A DNA stretch of 34,912 nt from Nanobdellota archaeon. Lineage in GTDB: Archaea; Nanobdellota; Nanobdellia; Pacearchaeales; GW2011-AR1. The stretch covers positions 1-34,912 of the forward strand of contig JBBSYA010000052.1 of assembly GCA_038045485.1 (NCBI GenBank), given 5' to 3'. Positions 1 to 7,798 of this stretch are shown piece after piece. The notes below the pieces were generated by a model, which was not told the DNA's origin, made no database searches, and saw only the letters and a program-made list of their open reading frames with translations. How positions within the stretch are numbered: position 1 is the first letter of the stretch; each line of letters begins with the position of its first letter. Position numbers and translations under genes: made by a program.

Positions 1-140
1 TTACAGAGTACCCTTAGAAAGATACAAAAGTAACATTAATGCGGTTTAGTAGAAAATATAGCCGACTATGAAACTATTAAATATTTAATGGGTGCGATTA
101 CACCTTACGCAGATAAAATATATCATTCATTCTCTATACT

Positions 141-148
141 TTTATAAA
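141..148 (+). promoter_or_regulatory. TATA-box-like element upstream of polB
   Basis: TTTATAAA ends 22 nt upstream of the ATG at 170. Related boxes (CTTTATAAAC at 7564; GAAACATTTAWATA at 8983, 27517, 33465; CTTATAAA at 14454) sit at similar distances from other start codons. This fits archaeal BRE/TATA promoters with short or no leaders. Confidence 0.5.
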
Positions 149-169
149 CATCTATAGTTTTCTATTTAT

Positions 170-2668
170 ATGAAGACTACTATCAGTTTTATCCCCATAG
201 ACTACGATTACTTTGACTTTGAAGGTAAGAACTATGTCAAAATAATCGGCAAAAATGAAGAGGGCAAAAAAATAGCTATAATTGACTATTTTGAACCCTA
301 TTTCTGGGCAGTATTTAATGACGAAGCTTCGGACAGAAAAATCAGCCAAATAGCCGAGCAGATAAAAGACATTAAAATCGAATCAGAATCCAGAACAAGC
401 AAAGTCGAAAAAGTAGAAATTCACAATAAGAAATATATAGGTACAGATGTTCGAGCAATAAAAATTTTTGTTACAAACTACAAAGACTGCCATCCTGTTG
501 CAGACCAATTAGATTTTCCAGAAATTATAGCAAGAAGAGAATATGATATTCCCCTAATAACTCGCTACATAACCGAAAAAAGCCTAATCCCCCTAACTTG
601 GAAAAAAGTTAATGGTGAAATCCTAAATAACAGCGAAGAATTCGGTGGAATAGATTCAGTATTAGAAGTTCATCAAACAATAAAAGTTGAAAAAATAGAG
701 GACATAGAAGAAAAAGAGCTAAAAAAACTGGAACAAAACTTTCAACCAAAAATTCTTGCATTTGATTTAGAATGCGATGAATTTGAAATAGGAAAAGGCG
801 AAATCTTGATGATTTCGCTCGCTGGGAAAAACTACAAAAAAGTTCTAACTTGGAAAAAATGCTCAACCTCTCAAGATTTTGTAGAATGTTTCAAGAATGA
901 AGAAGAAATGATTGAAGCATTCATAAAAGAAATTAATACTCAAAAACCAGATATTCTTACTGGTTATTTTAGTGATGGTTTTGATATGCCCTATCTTAAA
1001 GCACGAGCAGAACATCTTGGAATAAAATTAGCGTTAGGAATCGATGGAAGCAAACCAACATTCTCAAGAGGTAAAATAACTTCTTCAAGCATTTTTGGAA
1101 TAGTTCATGTAGATTTATTCAGATTCATAGATACAGTATTTTCGCAATATCTTCAATCAGAAACTCTTGGACTTAACGATGTTGCAACAGAGCTTCTTGG
1201 AGAAGGCAAAATAGATTTTGAATTCAAAAAAGCAAAACAATTCAAAGAACATGAATGGAAAGACTTCTTTGAGTATAATCTTCAGGATTCAGTTTTAACC
1301 TATAGACTTATGGAAAAACTCTGGATAGACCTATTAGAGCTTTCAAAGATTATACAAGAACCACCTTGGGACATAACCCGTTCCGGAATGTCTCAATTGG
1401 TTGAAGATTACATTCTTCACAATCTGAAGAACTTTAATGAAATAGCAGAACGAAGACCGCCACATGATGAAATTGAGGAAAGAAGAAATATGGGAAAATA
1501 TGAAGGTGCATTTGTTTTTCAGCCAAAACCGGGCTTATACGATAATGTTGTTATGTTTGATTTCACCTCAATGTACAGCAGCGTTATTGTAACCTATAAT
1601 CTATCAAAATCAACATTTTTAGGAGATATACAACTAAAGGGTCATGCAGAATTTAAAAATGCAATTGAGGCAGATTTGGGAGAAGTAGGAAAAGCGTACT
1701 TCTCTACCAAACCTGGATTTTTTTCAACAATGCTAAAAGAAATGGTTGAAAAAAGAAAAAAATACAAAGCAGAATACAAAAGAAATGAAAACAACCTTAC
1801 AAAAGCAAGAAGCAATTCTTACAAACTTTTAGCAAACGCAGCCTATGGCTATCAAGGATTTTTCGGGGCGAGATATTATTGCAGAGAAGCAGCAGCAGCA
1901 ACAGCAGCCCTAGCAAAAAAAGCAATTCTCACAACAATTGAAAAAATAAAAAAGGCAGGTTATGAAGTTATATATTCCGACACCGATAGTATTTGTCTAT
2001 TGCAAGATAAAAAATCAAAAAAAGATGTATTAAATGTATTAGAACAACTTAACAAAAATCTTCCGGGAATAATGGAATTAGAATTAGAAGATTTCTATAA
2101 AAGAGGAATTTGGGTTACTAAAAGAGACGGAGAATCTGGAGCAAAGAAAAAATATGCCCTAATCGATGAAAAAAATAAAATGAAAATTCGTGGTTTTGAA
2201 ACAGTTCGAAGAGATTGGTGCGACCTCGCTCGTGAACTCCAAAGCGAAGTTTTAGAAATTCTTCTCAAAGAAGGCAGTTCAGAAAAAGCCCTAGCCTTAG
2301 TCAAAAAAGCAATCAAAGATTTAAAAGAAAGAAAAATAATGCGCGAACAAGTAAGAGTTAGAACTCAACTAAAAAAACCACTATCAGAATATAAATCCAT
2401 AACTCCTCATGTTGTAGCTGCTCAAAAAATGAAAGAAAAAGGTATTCCTCTTGATATTGGAATGACATTAGAATATTTTATTGCAGAAACCCGCGAAAAA
2501 AAAGCCCTTGTCAGAGAAAAAGTTAAACTTATGGATGAAAAAGGAGAGTATAACATTAAGTATTATCTCGACCATCAAATTATTCCCGCAGTCGAAAACA
2601 TCTTTCAGGTTTTCGACATAAATATCAAAGAAGTCACAGAAGGAACTAAGCAGACGAAACTATTCTGA
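170..2668 (+). CDS. polB: Family B DNA polymerase (archaeal PolB)
   Basis: 832 aa. Exo motifs FDLECDE, GYFSDGFDMPYL and YNLQDSVLTY. Polymerase motif A DFTSMYSSVIV, motif B KLLANAAYGY, motif C YSDTDS. No intein-like insertion visible. Confidence 0.95.
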   Translation: MKTTISFIPIDYDYFDFEGKNYVKIIGKNEEGKKIAIIDYFEPYFWAVFNDEASDRKISQIAEQIKDIKIESESRTSKVEKVEIHNKKYIGTDVRAIKIFVTNYKDCHPVADQLDFPEIIARREYDIPLITRYITEKSLIPLTWKKVNGEILNNSEEFGGIDSVLEVHQTIKVEKIEDIEEKELKKLEQNFQPKILAFDLECDEFEIGKGEILMISLAGKNYKKVLTWKKCSTSQDFVECFKNEEEMIEAFIKEINTQKPDILTGYFSDGFDMPYLKARAEHLGIKLALGIDGSKPTFSRGKITSSSIFGIVHVDLFRFIDTVFSQYLQSETLGLNDVATELLGEGKIDFEFKKAKQFKEHEWKDFFEYNLQDSVLTYRLMEKLWIDLLELSKIIQEPPWDITRSGMSQLVEDYILHNLKNFNEIAERRPPHDEIEERRNMGKYEGAFVFQPKPGLYDNVVMFDFTSMYSSVIVTYNLSKSTFLGDIQLKGHAEFKNAIEADLGEVGKAYFSTKPGFFSTMLKEMVEKRKKYKAEYKRNENNLTKARSNSYKLLANAAYGYQGFFGARYYCREAAAATAALAKKAILTTIEKIKKAGYEVIYSDTDSICLLQDKKSKKDVLNVLEQLNKNLPGIMELELEDFYKRGIWVTKRDGESGAKKKYALIDEKNKMKIRGFETVRRDWCDLARELQSEVLEILLKEGSSEKALALVKKAIKDLKERKIMREQVRVRTQLKKPLSEYKSITPHVVAAQKMKEKGIPLDIGMTLEYFIAETREKKALVREKVKLMDEKGEYNIKYYLDHQIIPAVENIFQVFDINIKEVTEGTKQTKLF

Positions 2669-2704
2669 TATAAAAACAGGAAACATATTTTGCCTTTTTT
2701 TATG

Positions 2705-2739
2705 ATATAGAAAAAATAAATAACGAATTTTTTCTATAT
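2705..2739. terminator. Perfect 13-bp inverted repeat hairpin downstream of polB
   Basis: ATATAGAAAAAAT (2705-2717) and ATTTTTTCTATAT (2727-2739) are separated by 9 nt, 37 nt after the polB stop. The arms contain T/A runs. It could be a terminator or an operator for the next gene. Confidence 0.45.
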
Positions 2740-2775
2740 AAATCACTTTAAAAATACCCTTTTCTTCTTAGAGTT

Positions 2776-3810
2776 ATGGAACAAAAAACCCATATAAACC
2801 CCCATACAAGCAAACCATTCAAATTCCAGCCAAAGCCAGAATTTGAAGCCAGAATGAATTCTCTTCTAAAAGACGAAGCAGATAAAGAAGCCTACTGGAA
2901 AGTAATTCATGAACAACCCGTAAGCTCAATTAGATGCAACACTCTTAAAATTACTCCACAAGAACTTCTAAAAAAGTTTGAAGAAAAAAACTGGAAAATA
3001 AAAGTTCCTTTTAAACAACATCCTGAAATAATGATTATCGAATCAGATTTAAAACCAGGAGAGTTAGGCAGAAGTAAAGAACATCTCTTAGGATATTATT
3101 ATGTTCAAGAGATAAGTTCGATGCTTCCAATTTTAGCACTTAAGCCAACTAAAGAAGATTCATTTGTAGATTTATGCGCATCGCCAGGAAGTAAAACAAC
3201 ACAAGCAGCAGCAATGATGGAAAATAAAGGGAATATTATTGCAAATGATGATAATTTAGGAAGAATGATTATACTCGCTTCAAATTTGGAAAAATGTGGA
3301 GTATCTAATACTCTTGTAATGAGACACGGCGGAGTTCAATTATGTGAAAAATTAAGAAAATTAGATTTTCAGGTTGATAAAATTCTTGTTGATGCTCCTT
3401 GTTCTGGCGAAGGAACAATCCGTTCATCTCCAAAAACACTTTTAATGTGGAATGAAAAAATGATAAAAGTATTCTCAAGAATTCAAAAATCTCTTGCAAG
3501 CGCAGCAATAGAACTTTTAAAAGAAAACGGCGAGATGATTTATTCAACATGCACACATGCTCCAGAAGAAAACGAAGAAATCATTCAGCATCTTTTAGAT
3601 AATTATAATATAAAAATTGAAGATGTTAAAAAAGAACTTCCAGTTAAAGCCCGTGATGGCTTAACAAGTTGGAATGGCAAAGATTTCTCTCCAGAAATAA
3701 AAAAATGCGCGAGAATTTATCCTCAAGATAATAATACAGAAGGTTTCTTTGTTTGCAAAATTAAGAAGCTTCCAGTTAAAACCAAAGAAGGAGATGAAGA
3801 TGATAAATAA
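2776..3810 (+). CDS. NOL1/NOP2/Sun-family RNA cytosine-C5 methyltransferase (Trm4/RsmF-like)
   Basis: SAM motif DLCASPGSKT, catalytic motif IV DAPCSGEG and motif VI YSTCT. A TATA-like CTTTAAAAATA lies upstream. Confidence 0.85.
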   Translation: MEQKTHINPHTSKPFKFQPKPEFEARMNSLLKDEADKEAYWKVIHEQPVSSIRCNTLKITPQELLKKFEEKNWKIKVPFKQHPEIMIIESDLKPGELGRSKEHLLGYYYVQEISSMLPILALKPTKEDSFVDLCASPGSKTTQAAAMMENKGNIIANDDNLGRMIILASNLEKCGVSNTLVMRHGGVQLCEKLRKLDFQVDKILVDAPCSGEGTIRSSPKTLLMWNEKMIKVFSRIQKSLASAAIELLKENGEMIYSTCTHAPEENEEIIQHLLDNYNIKIEDVKKELPVKARDGLTSWNGKDFSPEIKKCARIYPQDNNTEGFFVCKIKKLPVKTKEGDEDDK

Positions 3811-3852
3811 AATTTGTGCTTCGCAATTATTACTGAACAAAACTAATGTAAT

Positions 3853-3887
3853 AATAACAAGTCGAATTCCGATTAGTGCATTATTAA
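3853..3887 (+). repeat. Intergenic repeat copy A (AATAACAA-GTCGAATT-N-TTAGTGCATTATTAA)
   Basis: 35-nt block shared with 4760-4794 and 6811-6847. It is flanked by CTTCGC (3819-3824) and GCGAAG (3914-3919), which could pair. Confidence 0.6.
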
Positions 3888-3956
3888 ATAAATTCAGTCA
3901 AATAACCGAGCAAGCGAAGGTTATTGAGCAGTCAACGAGAGGTTTTATCTAACAAA

Positions 3957-4430
3957 ATGGGACTCTCCTTCATATTCCGAAACGATAAAGAAAAACTAAT
4001 CAAGAGCCTTGGATACTATGGAATAATAAAACTTCCTTACCTATTAACTCGTTCAGGAAAAGAAAAAATTCGCGGTTATTCCGGAGGTCTTTCTGTTGAT
4101 GAAATAATAAAACTTAACAATGAAATAGGCATAGAACTTTTAGGACTATATTTATTTCATGACTATCACGATAATCTAAGATTTTCCTTTGACGCAATTT
4201 CAGCTCTAAAAGACCAGATAACTAAAAATATTCTTGAACTCGATGATAAACAAGCAGAAGAATTTCTAAAAGGCAGAGATATTAACTTAACTAAAGAAGA
4301 CCAAGAAAAATGGAAGAACGAAACAAAAGGATTCAAGGTAATGAGAAACAAAGGCGAATTTATTGGCACAGGAAAATTAATCGCAGACAGAATCGTTAAT
4401 TATATGCCAAAAGAAAGAAGATTGAGATAA
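3957..4430 (+). CDS. RsmF-type C-terminal PUA-like domain protein (tentative)
   Basis: The C-terminal KGFKVMRNKGEFIGTGKLIADRIVNYMPKERR resembles the G-x-G-K...N-Y-P-K..R end of RsmF-type PUA-like domains. I prefer the ATG at 3957 over the TTG at 3924 given in the ORF track. Confidence 0.45.
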   Translation: MGLSFIFRNDKEKLIKSLGYYGIIKLPYLLTRSGKEKIRGYSGGLSVDEIIKLNNEIGIELLGLYLFHDYHDNLRFSFDAISALKDQITKNILELDDKQAEEFLKGRDINLTKEDQEKWKNETKGFKVMRNKGEFIGTGKLIADRIVNYMPKERRLR

Positions 4431-4476
4431 AATCGACTATAATAAATCTTAAAAACCCAAAATTAATAGAAAAACA

Positions 4477-4674
4477 ATGGCAGAACAATATTCAAGATGG
4501 GAAAAATTTGTAGGGTGGTATAACCGAAGATGTTACATCGCTACAGGATTACCAAAGCCAACTGATCCAGAAGATGCAAGTGTAGAAAGTTTTGCGAGAG
4601 ATTATCATAATAAAAGACTTGAAGCTAGAGTAAGTCAAAGACATTCGCGATTAGGATTTCCAAAGGGTTGGTAA
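4477..4674 (+). CDS. Small hypothetical protein (65 aa)
   Basis: ATG preceded by AATCTTAAAAACCCAAAATT promoter-like box about 30 nt upstream. Weak similarity to the C-terminal part of the 4897 ORF. Confidence 0.4.
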   Translation: MAEQYSRWEKFVGWYNRRCYIATGLPKPTDPEDASVESFARDYHNKRLEARVSQRHSRLGFPKGW

Positions 4675-4759
4675 AACACCCCCTATTTTGACTCGCTTCG
4701 CTCGCTTTTTTCTAATTAGTGCTGCGCATAAATTTTCAATAAACTAAAAACTAACAATT

Positions 4760-4794
4760 AATAACAAATCGCTTCGAATTTAGTGCATTATTAA
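4760..4794 (+). repeat. Intergenic repeat copy B
   Basis: AATAACAAATCGCTTCGAATTTAGTGCATTATTAA. It is flanked by CTCGCTTT (4701-4708) and AAAGCGAG (4810-4817), which could form an 8-bp stem. A degenerate second TTAGTGC..CAT motif lies near 4725. Confidence 0.6.
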
Positions 4795-4896
4795 GAAGTT
4801 GGAAGCAAGAAAGCGAGAGGAGCTCTCTGCTAAGGAGATTAACCCCTATTAATCTTCTACAATAATCTTTAAAAACTTAAAATAATAAAAATTAAG

Positions 4897-5223
4897 ATGA
4901 ATTTACACACTATTTTTCAGAAAATCGGAGTAGCATATGTTCGTTACGCTGAATGGAGAATGAATAAAATTATAGGCGTTGAAACAGAAAAGCCAAAAAA
5001 TTCTTCTGCAGATTACTCTTGGAGCGATTGGTGGAATGCTGCAATTACTCTGCATAGAATGAATCCAGAAGAGAGAAACAAAAGATTCTATAATATGCCT
5101 ACCCCCGAACCCGACGCTTTTTTAGAACAACTTGCTGAAGAGGCTTATAATGCAAAAATACAGAAAAAAAGAAAATCCACTATTCCAGAGACAGTATTAA
5201 CCGAAAGAGACCCAAGATGGTAA
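4897..5223 (+). CDS. Small hypothetical protein (108 aa)
   Basis: ATG preceded by AATCTTTAAAAACTTAAAAT box, near-identical to the one upstream of 4477. No recognisable domain. Confidence 0.45.
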   Translation: MNLHTIFQKIGVAYVRYAEWRMNKIIGVETEKPKNSSADYSWSDWWNAAITLHRMNPEERNKRFYNMPTPEPDAFLEQLAEEAYNAKIQKKRKSTIPETVLTERDPRW

Positions 5224-5347
5224 TAGCTTAAAAACCCCAAATTCTACAATTAATTATAACTTAACACTATTTTCAAGCGAAGCGAAGAGAGATAGCTAAC
5301 TCTAGGGAAAAACTCGCGAAGAAAAACAGTTAGGTTTGTCTTACAAC

Positions 5348-6400
5348 ATGACAGAAAAAGATTACAGCGGAGCAACAACTTCAAAGATAGGCAAAAATGC
5401 CAAAGCAGGAAATGAACTTTCTAAACTAGTTTCTGCAATAAAAGGTGAAAAAAAGCATTCTGAAGCTAAAAAACAAGAAGATGAGAATTCCTCGGTTCTT
5501 TCTAAAGAAGATATTCAGAACTACAAAAAAGCAGGTGAAATAGCTAAAAAAGTAAAAGACTATGCAAAATCTATAGTTAAAAAAGATGAAAAACTTATTG
5601 ATATTGCTGAAAAAATAGAAGCAGAAATTCTAAAACTTGGCGGACAAATCGGTTTTCCAGTAAATCTAAGTATTGATGATGTTGCCGCGCACTATACTCC
5701 AACTCTTCGTGATGAAAAAAAAGCTGAAGGCTTGCTTAAGATAGATATTGGTGTTCATGTTAATGGTTGCATTTGTGATATTGCTTTTTCTATGGATTTA
5801 ACTGCCGAAAAAAAATATACAAAACTCATAGAAGCGAGTGAAGCTGCATTAAAATCTGCTCTCGAAGTTATCAAACAATCAAAAGCCAATACAACTTTAA
5901 GCCAGATAGGAAAAGCAATACAAAACTCAATCGAATCAAAAGATTTTTCTCCAATTGTAAACCTTTCAGGACACGGACTAGATGAATTTGATATTCACTC
6001 TGGATTGACTATTCCTAACTATGATACTAAAAGCGATAAACAACTTGGAGACGGCGCTTTTGCAGTAGAACCTTTTGCAACCATTAAAAGCGGAAGCGGA
6101 ATGATTTATGAAAGTTCGGGCAGCAATATTTATCATATCTTAAAATTCTCACAGCCAAGAGAACCCTTTGCAAGAGAAGTTCTTGAATACATTGCAGAAA
6201 ATAAAAAAACCCTCCCATTCTCTCAAAGAGAACTCGAGAAAAAATTCGGCAGTAAAGCGCTAATTGCAATAAGCCAACTAAAACGAGCAGGAATAATCAA
6301 CGAGTTCGCTCAATTAGTAGAAAAATCTCATTCTCCAGTTAGCCAGACTGAAACAAGTCTAATTGTTCATGACGGCAAGGTTGAGATTCTTGTTGACTAA
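5348..6400 (+). CDS. map: Methionine aminopeptidase, type 2 (archaeal/eukaryotic class) with Lys-rich N-terminal extension
   Basis: Pita-bread motifs AAHYTP, DIGVHVNGCICDIAFS, SGHGL, AVEPFAT and a C-terminal SQTETS(L)IV. The ATG at 5348 is preferred to the TTG at 5336. Confidence 0.85.
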   Translation: MTEKDYSGATTSKIGKNAKAGNELSKLVSAIKGEKKHSEAKKQEDENSSVLSKEDIQNYKKAGEIAKKVKDYAKSIVKKDEKLIDIAEKIEAEILKLGGQIGFPVNLSIDDVAAHYTPTLRDEKKAEGLLKIDIGVHVNGCICDIAFSMDLTAEKKYTKLIEASEAALKSALEVIKQSKANTTLSQIGKAIQNSIESKDFSPIVNLSGHGLDEFDIHSGLTIPNYDTKSDKQLGDGAFAVEPFATIKSGSGMIYESSGSNIYHILKFSQPREPFAREVLEYIAENKKTLPFSQRELEKKFGSKALIAISQLKRAGIINEFAQLVEKSHSPVSQTETSLIVHDGKVEILVD

Positions 6401-6728
6401 AATTTCTTCCAGAAATAAGAGTTTCCAATATTTCATTTAATCTTTCTCTGGGCATTTCAACTCGTTTCACAGCAAGCATTACTAATTGTGAATCAGTCAG
6501 TTTTGCAAAACTTAGTTCAGCATAAACTTTAGAAGCGCCATTAGTCAAGCAGTATCCTGACTTTCGTTTAACAACATTATAATCAGCAAAATCCGGATTG
6601 GTATTCAGAGCAAGATTAAAACCATCAATAAATTTTCTCTCGTTAAATATTTCATGAAAATTAAGAAGATATTCATGCCTTCTATGAGAAGTTCCCCTTT
6701 TCAACACCTCAAATCTCATGTAAAACAA
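6339..6728 (-). CDS. Hypothetical protein (129 aa)
   Basis: AGTTATAAAC TATA-like box lies about 25 nt upstream on the minus strand. No recognisable domain. The 3' end overlaps the map 3' end by 62 nt (convergent). Confidence 0.4.
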   Translation of the reverse strand: MFYMRFEVLKRGTSHRRHEYLLNFHEIFNERKFIDGFNLALNTNPDFADYNVVKRKSGYCLTNGASKVYAELSFAKLTDSQLVMLAVKRVEMPRERLNEILETLISGRNFSQQESQPCRHEQLDLFQSG

Positions 6729-6810
6729 ATAGAAGTTCAGTTTATAACTATTATTGAGATAAAAGGGGATAATACCTAGCTTATTGTAACCTAAACCAAA
6801 GACTGATGAT

Positions 6811-6847
6811 TAAACAAAAGTCGAATTGGTGTTTAATGCATTATTAA
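6811..6847 (+). repeat. Intergenic repeat copy D
   Basis: TAAACAAAAGTCGAATTGGTGTTTAATGCATTATTAA. It has the same plus-strand orientation as copies A and B although the flanking genes here are on the minus strand. Confidence 0.6.
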
Positions 6848-6868
6848 TAATCCGTAATAAACGAAGTC

Positions 6869-7543
6869 TTACTTAACAATCTTATTCCAAAGTTCTACAA
6901 TAAACAACTTAGGCCATCCCAGCCAAGGAATTTTAAATACTGCAGTTCCTAAAACTTTGCTTTCTTGAATATTTCTTTCATCGGCACCATAATTATTATT
7001 TCCAGGAATTAATTGTGCTTCATTATGATCTCCTTTTGTCTGAATAGGATTTAATGAAATAACTCTATGAATAATGGGATGCGCAGAACCTGCCTCAAAA
7101 ATTAGAACATCTCCAATCTTAATGGTTTTCTTTTTAACAATAATCATAATATCTCCTTTTCTAAAACCATTTTTAAAACTAAAACTCGAAAACTGCTCCT
7201 GCGTTATATTAGTATTCTGCTCATACCAGCTTCCACAAGTTTGCCAATATTCTTCAGCATTGAAGGATTTGCTGTCACTAAAAGTTTTGCCGCAAATACT
7301 TATTACACTAGTCATATCCTGTAGAGAATGATGATCCATGCTTGAACTCTCGACTATTGCTAAAGGCAAGGAAGTTCCAAAGATTAATCCAAGTCCTGGA
7401 AGAAAAATAAATTTAATAAAAACAAAAACTATCGCAAGAAAAACAATATAACTCAACCAAGAATCAGAATTCCATAACCATTTCCAGAAATTCTTAAGCT
7501 TTGTTTTAACGTCTATTTTATCTTTATCCTCAGCATATTCCAT
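6869..7543 (-). CDS. Signal peptidase I, archaeal/ER Sec11-type (S26B)
   Basis: An N-terminal TM helix is followed by IVESSSMDHH (Ser nucleophile box), IIHRV (His box) and TKGDHNE (GDN box). Start set to MEYAEDK at 7543, because the upstream 81 codons of the ORF-track call look non-coding. Confidence 0.8.
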   Translation of the reverse strand: MEYAEDKDKIDVKTKLKNFWKWLWNSDSWLSYIVFLAIVFVFIKFIFLPGLGLIFGTSLPLAIVESSSMDHHSLQDMTSVISICGKTFSDSKSFNAEEYWQTCGSWYEQNTNITQEQFSSFSFKNGFRKGDIMIIVKKKTIKIGDVLIFEAGSAHPIIHRVISLNPIQTKGDHNEAQLIPGNNNYGADERNIQESKVLGTAVFKIPWLGWPKLFIVELWNKIVK

Positions 7544-7596
7544 AATAATTTCAGTGAAATAATCTTTATAAACATGACTTTCTCTTTTAGATAAAC

Positions 7597-7794
7597 ATGG
7601 ATCCATTCGCAGAAAAAGAGTTGATAGATAATTTGAGAAGTATTGCAATTTCCTTAAGAAATATGGATAGAAAAATGGACGATATGACTCTGTCCTTAAG
7701 AGAATTAGCTGCCTCTGAAAATGATAAAGATGATATAGATAATTCTGTAGAAAAAGAAGAAATTTCTGATAACCAGCCTTGCACAAAATATTAA
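7597..7794 (+). CDS. Small acidic coiled-coil-like hypothetical protein (65 aa)
   Basis: CTTTATAAAC box at 7564-7573 ends 23 nt upstream of the ATG. No recognisable domain. Confidence 0.4.
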   Translation: MDPFAEKELIDNLRSIAISLRNMDRKMDDMTLSLRELAASENDKDDIDNSVEKEEISDNQPCTKY

Positions 7795-7798
7795 CCTA

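Noticed and set aside
1-48. Possible 3' end of a minus-strand gene at the window edge (TTA at 1-3)
   Set aside because: Reading upstream on the minus strand hits a stop after 15 codons, so no real gene end is supported.
170-2668. Intein or mobile insertion in PolB
   Set aside because: Motifs A, B and C are contiguous at normal spacing, and the 832-aa length is typical. No Cys/Ser-...-HN splice junction blocks are present.
3749-3952. 67-aa plus-strand ORF spanning the methyltransferase 3' end and the spacer
   Set aside because: It overlaps the end of a confident CDS out of frame and runs through the intergenic repeat. There is no promoter or RBS signal.
6339-6400. The 62-nt convergent overlap between map and the 129-aa minus ORF as evidence of a frameshift or mis-assembly
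   Set aside because: Both reading frames are open and the map C-terminus looks complete (VHDGKVEILV). The overlap more likely reflects a non-conserved tail of the hypothetical ORF. It cannot be resolved from sequence alone.
6795-6868. Possible C/D-box sRNA: AAGAC-TGATGA...CGAA-GTCTT with terminal pairing
   Set aside because: The C box (TGATGA) is present, but no canonical D or D' box (CTGA) occurs at the required positions (only CGAA). Copies A and B of the same repeat lack the C box.
7587-7786. N-terminal 81 codons of the ORF-track signal peptidase call, and the 7587-7784 minus ORF
   Set aside because: The upstream extension is Leu/Phe/Tyr-rich with no TM or signal logic. It runs antisense through the promoter-bearing 7597-7794 ORF. 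MEYAEDK at 7543, followed by a TM helix, gives a normal Sec11-type protein.
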